A DNA stretch of 64,000 nucleotides from a virus: positions 22,740 through 86,739 of IMG/VR virus record IMGVR_UViG_3300021960_000046, one strand, 5' to 3'. Both the position numbers and the translations under genes were made by a program. Below the pieces are notes generated by a model. That model did not search any database. It saw nothing but the letters and a program-made list of their open reading frames with translations, and had not been told where the DNA came from. How positions within the stretch are numbered: position 1 is the first letter of the stretch; each line of letters begins with the position of its first letter. Of this stretch, positions 57,001 to 64,000 are shown piece after piece.

Positions 57001-57560
57001 TGCATTGTATCTCCAGTTTTGTATAGTGTAGCCGCATTGTAATCGCCTGTAGCATTAAAGCCTGTTGTCAATACTTGCCAATATGCACCTGCAACTGGAG
57101 TTTGACCTGAATGGTTTTGTAAAGCTGTGTAAGAATAACCACCATAAGTAACAATATCACCGTCTTGGTAATATGTTGATGGATCCCATGAATTTTCGAA
57201 TTGTAAACCTTCGTTGTAAACTGCAAATTTAGTTAAATCTAAAATGCCTGTATTGTCCGAAGTGTGTTGTGTTGTAACTCTGTATTGTTGAGCACCAAAT
57301 TTTACAACATCATTTAATTTGTAAAAAGTATTAGCTGTATGTTCAGCTGCTATAAATCTTAATCCTTCAGTATGTAAATTCCATTTACCTGAAGTTATGT
57401 CTGAGTAGAAAGCTGGGTCATCTACACCTGATGTATGGTTCGTAACACAAACATATGTATTCGCACCGTATTTTACAATATCATCTACGACATAAGAAGT
57501 AGTGGCTGACCAGTTACCTCTCCATTTGAATTTTAATCTACCTAGTATAAAATCTGCCAT
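54015..57560 (-). CDS. large tail fibre / virion structural protein with N-terminal repeats, a beta-helix-like region and a C-terminal gp9/gp10-like domain
   Basis: About 5 W....Y...D.V.(Y/F)G...Y.C repeats; YVA.NG.D...GS...PF.TI..A; MLANDFTQIN..G.G; C-terminal FVDTSGG...V.LPASP..GD. Confidence 0.75.
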   Translation of the reverse strand: MADFILGRLKFKWRGNWSATTSYVVDDIVKYGANTYVCVTNHTSGVDDPAFYSDITSGKWNLHTEGLRFIAAEHTANTFYKLNDVVKFGAQQYRVTTQHTSDNTGILDLTKFAVYNEGLQFENSWDPSTYYQDGDIVTYGGYSYTALQNHSGQTPVAGAYWQVLTTGFNATGDYNAATLYKTGDTMQFGGWSYVCIVDTSAGQTPSSHPAKWEVINEGMKWEGNYSVSSTYQKGHVVEFSTSSYICIEYDVLNVEPGTDNTKWNLMSQGDSNNVLTRRGDIMVRGSTANERLGVGPRGSVLTSNGTDILWGGSEDRNVIYVANNGKDTYDGSKQFPFRTIHKALSVATSGDVADFNNVSGGTGGVPSVYNDVTGTSSGSGTNITARVTIDGSSTPFIEITDGGSGHSISDVITITGTQLGGATDLTFDVISVSVGDAIHIANGVYREQLPLVIPAGVTVKGTSLRSTQVRPASGSSTQIATLNNITGGTGGTPGSYHFKHTTSSLNGKGCILSVIADGSSAPTVVVYHGGHGYQLNETITLDSSQLGGNATITATVASLELNNAAKMWLLNNNTNLLEMSSQGLTGIPANTGGTRKAAVTSLDPTGNITTASPYCQNMTSINANATGIEIDGALHRYSYPNSNKSMLANDFTQINSDGIGVHALNNGRAEIVSVFTYYCDKAVYATGGGFVRSLNSSMAYGEQGAVADGNYYEEVPVQYQTRGKMLEFDSKTFVGGSNDENNLVLGQTLVGNTSGATGTIFYLQTSAKYIYIENLTGDFQKGETVTGTKADSSTYTFQLSTLFGEPTPSTVGSSGIQGFVIPISSTDGTLSSANVVVLASNAFTGAVDGDTNYYRITQVSEENLVNETAIIKVNPAITASDAKAPGTTISQTNRFSNIRLTGHDFLDIGTGSFADTNYPNAVGVTQPADQDDETVELNGGRVYFSSTDQNGDFRVGNLFRIQQSTGIATLNADAFDLSGLTELQLGSIGASLGATINEFSTDPTMAGDSDTSVPTERAIVGYTQRNGMGPGHFTVPIGTTAQRPSNAGINLFAGGIRFNTDKNTWEGYNNSGQWTGLSGFLPWATLTGDGSTVITLDVGSRSFVDTSGGKAIVRLPASPQVGDELRIMDLTDNFATNNCDVQGNGAKVMGLNQTFVLSTDNAAVGLVYTGTTYGWKLVENV

Positions 57561-57561
57561 A

Positions 57562-57975
57562 TTACGCTTTCCAATTCCTTACGGCGCCATCCTTATTGTC
57601 ATAGGGATAATCTGCCAAATATCTTGCTACCAACCATCCGTCTTCATTAATAAAATAACTTACTTTGTTATCATCAAATCTGTGTTGTTCAAATGCTCTT
57701 GCTCTTTTATCAAACTGCCAACTTTCAGTTGGTACTTCAGCATTGGTTCTAACACTTTCATTAACGGGTTGGCCGTTGTTTAATTTGTTTTCTTCCAGAT
57801 GTTCTAATCCGCCATAAGCAAATGCTGAACCATCTGATACTTTCACAGCTTCGTCACTAGCCAAATACACTCTTGTATATCTAAGTAAACCATCATCTTC
57901 CCTCGTCAAAGCATGTAAAGCCTTGTGGGTATGGAATGTGGTATGTGTATTGTCTCCGAACGATAAGTATGCCAT
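57562..57975 (-). CDS. hypothetical virion protein
   Basis: 137 aa; HAL.R..DG.L.YT and YFIN.DG.LVAR motifs. Confidence 0.6.
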   Translation of the reverse strand: MAYLSFGDNTHTTFHTHKALHALTREDDGLLRYTRVYLASDEAVKVSDGSAFAYGGLEHLEENKLNNGQPVNESVRTNAEVPTESWQFDKRARAFEQHRFDDNKVSYFINEDGWLVARYLADYPYDNKDGAVRNWKA

Positions 57976-57989
57976 GTTTATTCCTTATT

Positions 57990-58005
57990 TATTTATATAT
58001 TTATA
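57990..58005 (-). promoter_or_regulatory. tandem T4-type late promoters
   Basis: TATAAATA twice, directly adjacent. Confidence 0.7.
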
Positions 58006-58012
58006 CCAGATT

Positions 58013-58360
58013 TTAAGTAACTTCCAAAATACTTGCAAAAGCTTCTATTTGAGGAATCGTACTATCCTGGTTCTCTCTTACTATAAGTCTTAATCTATCA
58101 CCAGCCGCCATATTGATTGGTTTATCAATTGTTAGTGTATTTTCTTGTGGTACATTAATATTCTTAGTAATATGCTTAAATGTAGTACCACCGTCAATTG
58201 TACACTTCACATCCACATTAGCATTGATAGTTTCACTATGATTAGTGATAAACAATGCATGAATAACTGCTTGAGCGCCAGCCGGACATGTGTATATATC
58301 ACTAGAAGTATGGTCTAATGATGTTAATGTCAAACCTGCATTTTTAAATGTACTTGCCAT
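58013..58360 (-). CDS. hypothetical virion structural protein
   Basis: MA..FKNA, YT.P, S.LE motifs typical of small tail-associated proteins. Confidence 0.6.
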   Translation of the reverse strand: MASTFKNAGLTLTSLDHTSSDIYTCPAGAQAVIHALFITNHSETINANVDVKCTIDGGTTFKHITKNINVPQENTLTIDKPINMAAGDRLRLIVRENQDSTIPQIEAFASILEVT

Positions 58361-58362
58361 AT

Positions 58363-58743
58363 TTAACTACCAAAAACTATAGCATATGCCAAAGCGTCAC
58401 CAACGGTAGCAAGTGTACCTGATTGATTAGGTAACTTAACTTGTCTATCAGCCGTAGGTTCTTCTACAGATAAAAATGTTTCGAAAGCATTTTCTAAGAA
58501 GCCTTCGAATACTAAAGATGAACCGTTTAATGTGATATTGTTAGTAGTTACTGCGTTTGTGTTTGTGACATCTTGTAAACCAATCGCACCAGCACCACCC
58601 ATTTCTTTAACATTGCCTAAACTATCTTTGGTAAAAAATTTACCATCAGCAATGTTCATCGCCAATTCACCTACTTGCAAAGAAGCACCTGAAGGTATTG
58701 ATAATGTTGTTTCTGACCTTTTTGGTTTAATGACAACAGCCAT
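58363..58743 (-). CDS. short tail-fibre-like protein
   Basis: KRS.....P....L..GELA.N.ADGK.F.K fibre N-terminal motif. Confidence 0.6.
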   Translation of the reverse strand: MAVVIKPKRSETTLSIPSGASLQVGELAMNIADGKFFTKDSLGNVKEMGGAGAIGLQDVTNTNAVTTNNITLNGSSLVFEGFLENAFETFLSVEEPTADRQVKLPNQSGTLATVGDALAYAIVFGS

Positions 58744-58745
58744 TG

Positions 58746-58946
58746 TTATTTCCTACTCTTTTTAATTTGTGAGATGAGTTTTGCTTTAGTTAATCTTCTA
58801 TCTAATTCAATACCCAATTTTCTGCCCAATTTTTCTAATTCTACTTTTGTTTTCTTTTCTAAATCTTTTAAATTGATTTTTATTTGTTCTTGCTTTTTAA
58901 AACCTGGCATTCCAGAAATTAAAAAGTCTTTAATTTTTTTCCACAT
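58746..58946 (-). CDS. small basic protein, possible Rho-N/HeH-like domain
   Basis: L.KKTK.ELE..GR..GIELD.R.TK..LI..I. Confidence 0.55.
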   Translation of the reverse strand: MWKKIKDFLISGMPGFKKQEQIKINLKDLEKKTKVELEKLGRKLGIELDRRLTKAKLISQIKKSRK

Positions 58947-60670
58947 TAATATGTTCCTCCGTCAATTTGTGTAACAGCAACTTCACCTGTTGTAACTGAG
59001 AAGTTGTCGCTAGTAAATGAAGCAACACCAATATTTGATGTTGAAGCTAATTCACCGACAATCTGTATTGTTCTACCAGAAGCAATAGTATTAATACCTT
59101 CTCCTGCTAAGAACTCTAATGTACCACCTAATGGTACACTTCCTTGTGTAGAACTTTCATCTGTGAAATATAATGGGTCAGCAAGTTTGTTTGAAGAAAT
59201 AGAACCAGCTAACATTGCGTCTGTAATACCTAATGCTTTAACTCGTAAAGCGTCAGCAAAAACTTCGATTGAAGAATTATCAACTTCAACATTTAAAGTA
59301 TTACCTGTTTTACTTAATGCGTCTCCGGCTGTAACTTGACCTAGACCTGAGAATTGTACAAAGTCAAATGGGTCTGTACCAATTGTACCAACACCCTCTG
59401 CAAGTACCCAACCTGAATTGTTATATGTTGTACCGTGTGTAATGAATACAAAGTCACCACCTGCGGCCTCAGTAGGAGTATCAAAGTCTAAAGCTCTTGT
59501 TAATAATGATGTTGATGTAAGTACATAGATACCATTATGAGCTTTATTAGTTTCGCCGTTAACTATAATTCTATCACCTACTACAATATCTGTATCACCG
59601 TCTAAATCACCACCTGCAATATCAAGTGCTGTAGAAAGTGTTAAGGTTGCACCAACACCAGCAGTACCATTGTTGTATGTAACGGTATCGCCTGTGATTG
59701 TTGCTAATGGTGTAGTAAGAATAGCATGACATTGTTCGTGTACATGTAAACCTTCTGCAACTGCGTCAACATATCTTTTGTTAACAAGTGAGTTGTCGTT
59801 TAGACCTGCTCTATTTTCGTAACCACTAGGAACATTAACAACACCTGTACCGTGTGGTGCTAATTCAATATCTTTGTTGCTAGCAGTAGTTACAATTGAT
59901 TGCCCATTTACGGTAATGTCATCAACAACTAAAGAGGTTAATCCTGCAATATCTGTTGTTGTAGCACCAAGTTGAATTGTAGTTGAACCTAAAACAATTT
60001 CACCGTTTGTAGATAACTTAGCATTTGTTACTGCGTCATCTTTAATTTGTGCTGTATCAACACCTGAGTTTGTGATGTTGATTGTAATTTCGTTGTTTGT
60101 AACTTCGGTATCTAATCCAGTACCGCCTGTAAATGTTAATGTCTCAGCAGTATTGTAAACATCTGTTCCGACATCACCATCTAAATTAATAAACTGATTA
60201 ACGGTACCAAATGATAGTACACCAGAACCATCAGTTTTTAAGAACTGACCTGCTGTGCCGTCACCATTGGGTAGTGTGAATGTTGTTGATGTTGTTACAT
60301 CATTAGGTGCCTTTAAGGCAATGAATGAAGTACCATTATTAGTAGCTTCGTTAAATCTTAAAATACCAGCAGTAGATGATTGGTTACCAATGTTTAACTC
60401 ATCAATAGCAGAGTTATTATCTGTTATGATTGCTGAACTAGGAGTTAATTCGCCGTGTACATGGTCTAAAAGAGCGGTAAAATACTTACCACCAATTATA
60501 TCAATACTGGTTGCGTCACCGTTAAGGTCAACGGGACCAGTACCAATAAACATTCTATCGCCATTATTTACCTGCGTACCTGTTCCGTATGCGTAGGCTA
60601 ATTCACCTTGTTTGAGTGTACTAGGTGTACTAGTGGACGAACTTCGTTTTATCTGTACTATTGTTGACAT
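58946..60670 (-). CDS. tail fibre-like structural protein
   Basis: IKRS....P..L..GELAY N-terminus; LP..DG..GQ.L.TDGSG.LS; NGIY, RA.DFD; ends IDGGTY. Confidence 0.72.
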   Translation of the reverse strand: MSTIVQIKRSSSTSTPSTLKQGELAYAYGTGTQVNNGDRMFIGTGPVDLNGDATSIDIIGGKYFTALLDHVHGELTPSSAIITDNNSAIDELNIGNQSSTAGILRFNEATNNGTSFIALKAPNDVTTSTTFTLPNGDGTAGQFLKTDGSGVLSFGTVNQFINLDGDVGTDVYNTAETLTFTGGTGLDTEVTNNEITINITNSGVDTAQIKDDAVTNAKLSTNGEIVLGSTTIQLGATTTDIAGLTSLVVDDITVNGQSIVTTASNKDIELAPHGTGVVNVPSGYENRAGLNDNSLVNKRYVDAVAEGLHVHEQCHAILTTPLATITGDTVTYNNGTAGVGATLTLSTALDIAGGDLDGDTDIVVGDRIIVNGETNKAHNGIYVLTSTSLLTRALDFDTPTEAAGGDFVFITHGTTYNNSGWVLAEGVGTIGTDPFDFVQFSGLGQVTAGDALSKTGNTLNVEVDNSSIEVFADALRVKALGITDAMLAGSISSNKLADPLYFTDESSTQGSVPLGGTLEFLAGEGINTIASGRTIQIVGELASTSNIGVASFTSDNFSVTTGEVAVTQIDGGTY

Positions 60671-60673
60671 GCG

Positions 60674-60946
60674 TTAATAATTCCCACAATTAAATGTTAG
60701 TGTACCTGTTGTTGTTATAATTTCGTTTCTTGTAACAAATTTACCGTCACTTGCCCGATACTGCAACATAGCACCATCTTCGACATTAGCGGCGTCAACA
60801 TCACCGAGTAGTTTTAATTGTAAAGTGGAATTCTGAGCCGCTTGTCCGGACGGTAGCGTAACCGAAACTTTCTGTGGACCTGAGCTGGTATTAACATTAA
60901 TATCAGCGGTTATATTATTCTTGGTTCCAATTGTGGCGTCTACCAT
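60674..60946 (-). CDS. hypothetical virion protein
   Basis: L..L.DV......DG..L.Y fibre-type repeat. Confidence 0.55.
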   Translation of the reverse strand: MVDATIGTKNNITADINVNTSSGPQKVSVTLPSGQAAQNSTLQLKLLGDVDAANVEDGAMLQYRASDGKFVTRNEIITTTGTLTFNCGNY

Positions 60947-60970
60947 AATTCTCTCTCTTCTACTCTTCTA

Positions 60971-60978
60971 TATTTATA
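60971..60978 (-). promoter_or_regulatory. T4-type late promoter
   Basis: TATAAATA. Confidence 0.75.
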
Positions 60979-60991
60979 AAGGATAGATTTG

Positions 60992-61330
60992 TTAAATGGA
61001 GACTTGTGGTCTTACTTGAATAAGACCTTCAATAACTCTAGTAACCTCACCAGCGGCGCTTGTGATTTCTAAATCATAGACATATCTAGTTGCATCCAAG
61101 GCGGCAGTTTGAGCTGCTGTCATGGATAATGTAACAATACCAGTTGTAGGGTCTGTAGCAATTGTACTGGTTATTGTGCTTCTTGTTTTTGTGCTAGCAT
61201 ACCCTTTGGCCATTTTGGCCTCTGCTGTATATCCAGACAAATTAAAAAGATTTCCGTTTGCGTCTTTTACCGTAACATCTGAGTTAAATGTTGCGCCTTG
61301 GTCTATAGTTAGGTTAGCTATTGCTGCCAT
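60992..61330 (-). CDS. virion structural protein (BppU-N-like)
   Basis: NL.IDQGA.F, G...LS.T..QT..L, RYVYD.EI, RV.EG...V.P. Confidence 0.65.
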   Translation of the reverse strand: MAAIANLTIDQGATFNSDVTVKDANGNLFNLSGYTAEAKMAKGYASTKTRSTITSTIATDPTTGIVTLSMTAAQTAALDATRYVYDLEITSAAGEVTRVIEGLIQVRPQVSI

Positions 61331-61331
61331 T

Positions 61332-61526
61332 TTATTTCTTTGTCTCTACTTTTAACAATTCTGATATTTTACCGTTGTAATAAGTAGTCAGTACATCAAT
61401 TTTCTCAATTTCTAATTCCAATCGAGTTTTGTTTACTTGAATTTCTTGTCGAACGGTAATGTAGTTTTGCAATTCAGGACTAAACTTAGTCTCATCATAT
61501 TCAACTCCATCAATTTTTATAGTCAT
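61332..61526 (-). CDS. small coiled-coil hypothetical protein
   Basis: I.IDG.EYD N-terminus; AAGGAG RBS. Confidence 0.6.
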   Translation of the reverse strand: MTIKIDGVEYDETKFSPELQNYITVRQEIQVNKTRLELEIEKIDVLTTYYNGKISELLKVETKK

Positions 61527-61544
61527 AATTATCTCCTTTAGTTA

Positions 61545-61552
61545 TATTTATA
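61545..61552 (-). promoter_or_regulatory. T4-type late promoter
   Basis: TATAAATA. Confidence 0.7.
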
Positions 61553-61943
61553 ACATAAATTCAGCCTTGTACCACTTTTTTATGTCTGGTACCATGCCTT
61601 TATCTTCATCTATAGGCAACACCTTATCTAAAATTGCGTTATATTCTTCTTTAGAGGCACCATATGGCCTAAAATAAGGGTCATTACCATAAAGTAAATC
61701 TTTGTCATTTAGTAAATCATAAAAATCTTCTTTAAAGTCATGTGTCAACCACCATGCATAACAAATAGCAACTGCATAACTCTTAGCTGGGTATATCCAC
61801 CCCATGTCTTTTTCATTAAAGTATCTAATAGCGTTATCTATAATATCTTCACTTTTAAACACTTCGACCATAGATAAATCATCTTCATGTTTAGGATTCA
61901 ATCTATGATATAATTCTTGTTTTATTTTCCAGTCTTTCATCAT
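61548..61943 (-). CDS. hypothetical protein associated with the radical SAM cluster
   Basis: 131 aa; YPAKSYAVAI.YA and L.D.DLLY.NDPYF.PY motifs. Confidence 0.6.
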   Translation of the reverse strand: MMKDWKIKQELYHRLNPKHEDDLSMVEVFKSEDIIDNAIRYFNEKDMGWIYPAKSYAVAICYAWWLTHDFKEDFYDLLNDKDLLYGNDPYFRPYGASKEEYNAILDKVLPIDEDKGMVPDIKKWYKAEFML

Positions 61944-62847
61944 ACCAATCTAATAATCCTTTGTAACCGTTACAACCGTTGGTTAAGTCTTTTACATACC
62001 TATAATGTTCTGTCAAACATGTGCCGTAGTATGCACATTGACGACAAATATCTGAGACATTTTTTATAGGCTCCTGTTCTGCCCATTGTAGATAGTTTTC
62101 AAAAGTTTCTAACTCTTTAAAGTATTCATTATCATTTATATCAAATTCTAATACTGCAAATTTACCACTAGGTGTAATATATATGTGGTCATCAGAAAAG
62201 GCATTATACTCACCTCTTAAACTCATAATAATTTTGCCTTCATTAACAAAATCAAATTTCTTTCTGATAGGGCTATCTATCCACTTTTTAACAAATTCTT
62301 CAAAATCTTTATGTGTTACATTATGTTGATTTGCTTGATTAGTTGAATATGGTTTTATCTCAACACTTTCAACACTAGAACAAGCATTTAACATAATAAT
62401 CATTTCTTCAACATCTTTTTCAATTACTTGTTGACTTGCAAGTATTAATACGGCAATAGGCACCTCACTTCTTAACATATTCTGATAAACTTTATCAGAT
62501 TTCTCCCTTGCCTCAAAGTCATAACTTACTGATAAGTAAAAGTCATTTTCAAAAAAACCTTCATGCAACATTGAGAAGTTAGTAATAATATTTATTTTCC
62601 CACCATAATATTTTCTTATCACATCTCTCATGCCATAAAAGTAATCTTTCTTTAAGGCGCCTATTTCTCCCCCGTATAAGTCTATCCAATCAATTTCTCT
62701 TTTCTTGGATATTTCGTCAAGTCTTTTATCTAACTCGACTAAACTAATTCTTTTTTGGTCTCTTAATTGTTCTGGTGTTAAGTAACAAAAGTCACAACTA
62801 AAATTGCAAAAGTAACTAGGATTAATTGATATGGTTATAGGTTTCAT
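61903..62847 (-). CDS. radical SAM enzyme with C-terminal Cys cluster (SPASM/twitch-like)
   Basis: CNFSCDFC, YGGE, C-terminal C..C.....C...H...C. Confidence 0.85.
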   Translation of the reverse strand: MKPITISINPSYFCNFSCDFCYLTPEQLRDQKRISLVELDKRLDEISKKREIDWIDLYGGEIGALKKDYFYGMRDVIRKYYGGKINIITNFSMLHEGFFENDFYLSVSYDFEAREKSDKVYQNMLRSEVPIAVLILASQQVIEKDVEEMIIMLNACSSVESVEIKPYSTNQANQHNVTHKDFEEFVKKWIDSPIRKKFDFVNEGKIIMSLRGEYNAFSDDHIYITPSGKFAVLEFDINDNEYFKELETFENYLQWAEQEPIKNVSDICRQCAYYGTCLTEHYRYVKDLTNGCNGYKGLLDWYDERLENKTRIIS

Positions 62848-63401
62848 TTGTATATTGTCAAATCAACTGGCATTGCTAATCTTATTTTACCTTTAAATGT
62901 TTCTACATTGTGATATAGAAAACTAGGAAACATTAAAACATCACCTGTTTGTGGAGAAAATCTTAACGGTTCAAACATTTTATTAAATTCAGGTAAATAT
63001 CCTCGGTTTGCATTTGTACGAGGGTCGTGTAATACAATATCACCACCGTGATTGTTTTCACATAACAAATAAAACACAGCACTTATATGACTACCAGAAT
63101 GATTGTGTTTAGGCATAGCATAATTTGCACCATATCCTGTCAACCAACCTCTTAAATCATAATCTCTTTCATATAACTCTAAGTATGGACTACAATAAGC
63201 TCTAAAGATAGGTAACACATTTTCATCTCTAAAAGTCCTTAAAAATGGGTCATCTAAAATATTATCACCACTTACATTAGCAGATTTCTTATTTGCGTCA
63301 CCATACTTTGTTAATAAATGTTGAACAACTCCAGTATTCTCTTCAATAGATGATTTTAAAATTGGTGTTGCAAATGAAAAATTTAAACCTTTAATAATCA
63401 T
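62844..63401 (-). CDS. 2OG-Fe(II) oxygenase (HxH)
   Basis: HNH.G..ISAVFY, DPR.NANRG, FPSFLYH.V. Confidence 0.82.
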   Translation of the reverse strand: MIIKGLNFSFATPILKSSIEENTGVVQHLLTKYGDANKKSANVSGDNILDDPFLRTFRDENVLPIFRAYCSPYLELYERDYDLRGWLTGYGANYAMPKHNHSGSHISAVFYLLCENNHGGDIVLHDPRTNANRGYLPEFNKMFEPLRFSPQTGDVLMFPSFLYHNVETFKGKIRLAMPVDLTIYK

Positions 63402-64000
63402 ATACTTTCGTCCACATAAGGTGTTACTTCTTTATTTAGTCCATTGATTTTTAGTATATCTGGTGCTATACTTTTCATCTTACGACAATGTTGTTCTACT
63501 AAACCATGTTCTTTATAATCTTTAATTGTCTTTCTACAACCATTACATATTTGAAACATAGGACAAGTTAAACAAGATTGTTTCATCATTGACAAATTCA
63601 TATCACTTGATAATGGTTGAAAGAACTCACCTTGCATTTCTTTTTCAAAATTAATAGGTTTATCTTTATCATCACCAAATGCACCACAAGAATAGTAATC
63701 GCCACCTGGATTAAAGGCACGAATACCTGCGTCACAGGTTCTATGTAAAGGACAAAGAGTTTGTTCTCTTCTTAATCTCTTCGCCATTTGTTTTGTGTTA
63801 AACTCCCAAGGTGCTAAACCTTGATTGTATATCTCAACATATGTTTTGTATATGTCACCTTTTAAAAATGGTCTCTCTTGTTCACCACTTGCCATTGCAT
63901 AATTTAATTTACATTCTACACCTGTTTTGTCTTTAGATAAATTTTCAAATGTATTATCTGGTTCAAAACCTGCTGACATTTCATAAGCCAATTCTACATT
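63398..64000 (-). CDS. C-terminal part of a radical SAM/SPASM protein (5' end beyond the window)
   Basis: CP....C, G..YSC, C..C.....CNGC...C SPASM pattern; frame open to the window edge. Confidence 0.75.
   Translation of the reverse strand, partial: NVELAYEMSAGFEPDNTFENLSKDKTGVECKLNYAMASGEQERPFLKGDIYKTYVEIYNQGLAPWEFNTKQMAKRLRREQTLCPLHRTCDAGIRAFNPGGDYYSCGAFGDDKDKPINFEKEMQGEFFQPLSSDMNLSMMKQSCLTCPMFQICNGCRKTIKDYKEHGLVEQHCRKMKSIAPDILKINGLNKEVTPYVDESI

Noticed and set aside
2270-61355. All plus-strand ORFs and nested minus-strand alternative-frame ORFs in the track
   Set aside because: They overlap well-supported genes and show no recognisable motifs; expected shadows of codon bias

Overview
64 kb from an AT-rich T4-like myovirus genome, probably marine and probably infecting an alphaproteobacterium such as SAR11 (inferred from the bS21, adrenodoxin-type ferredoxin and HemO/PcyX-like genes). 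All credible genes are on the minus strand. In transcription order (right to left): a radical-SAM/2OG cluster; tail-fibre genes with a triplicated Gly/His-rich adhesin plus partner cassette; a halogenase/2OG/heme oxygenase/bilin reductase cassette; the neck-terminase-tail-head module (gp13-gp23, gp3); and the recombination, transcription and replication module (uvsY, uvsW, gp55, gp47/46, gp45/44/62, regA, gp43). Interspersed are 11 2OG-Fe(II) oxygenases, peptide deformylase, MazG, CobS/CobT-like genes, bS21, Hsp20, a RimK fusion and three tRNAs. Best candidates for new biology: (1) two tRNA-Gly genes with non-proteinogenic hallmarks, two DUF4338 (putatively Mom-like GNAT) enzymes and a coupled GIY-YIG nuclease, suggesting Gly-tRNA-dependent DNA modification plus restriction; (2) a ~350-nt highly structured non-coding RNA downstream of bS21; (3) a RimK-protease fusion with a capsid-targeting-like N-terminus; (4) a ROSE-like RNA thermometer on hsp20; (5) a near-consensus antisense promoter. 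All family assignments come from motif recognition by eye; no database searches were run.
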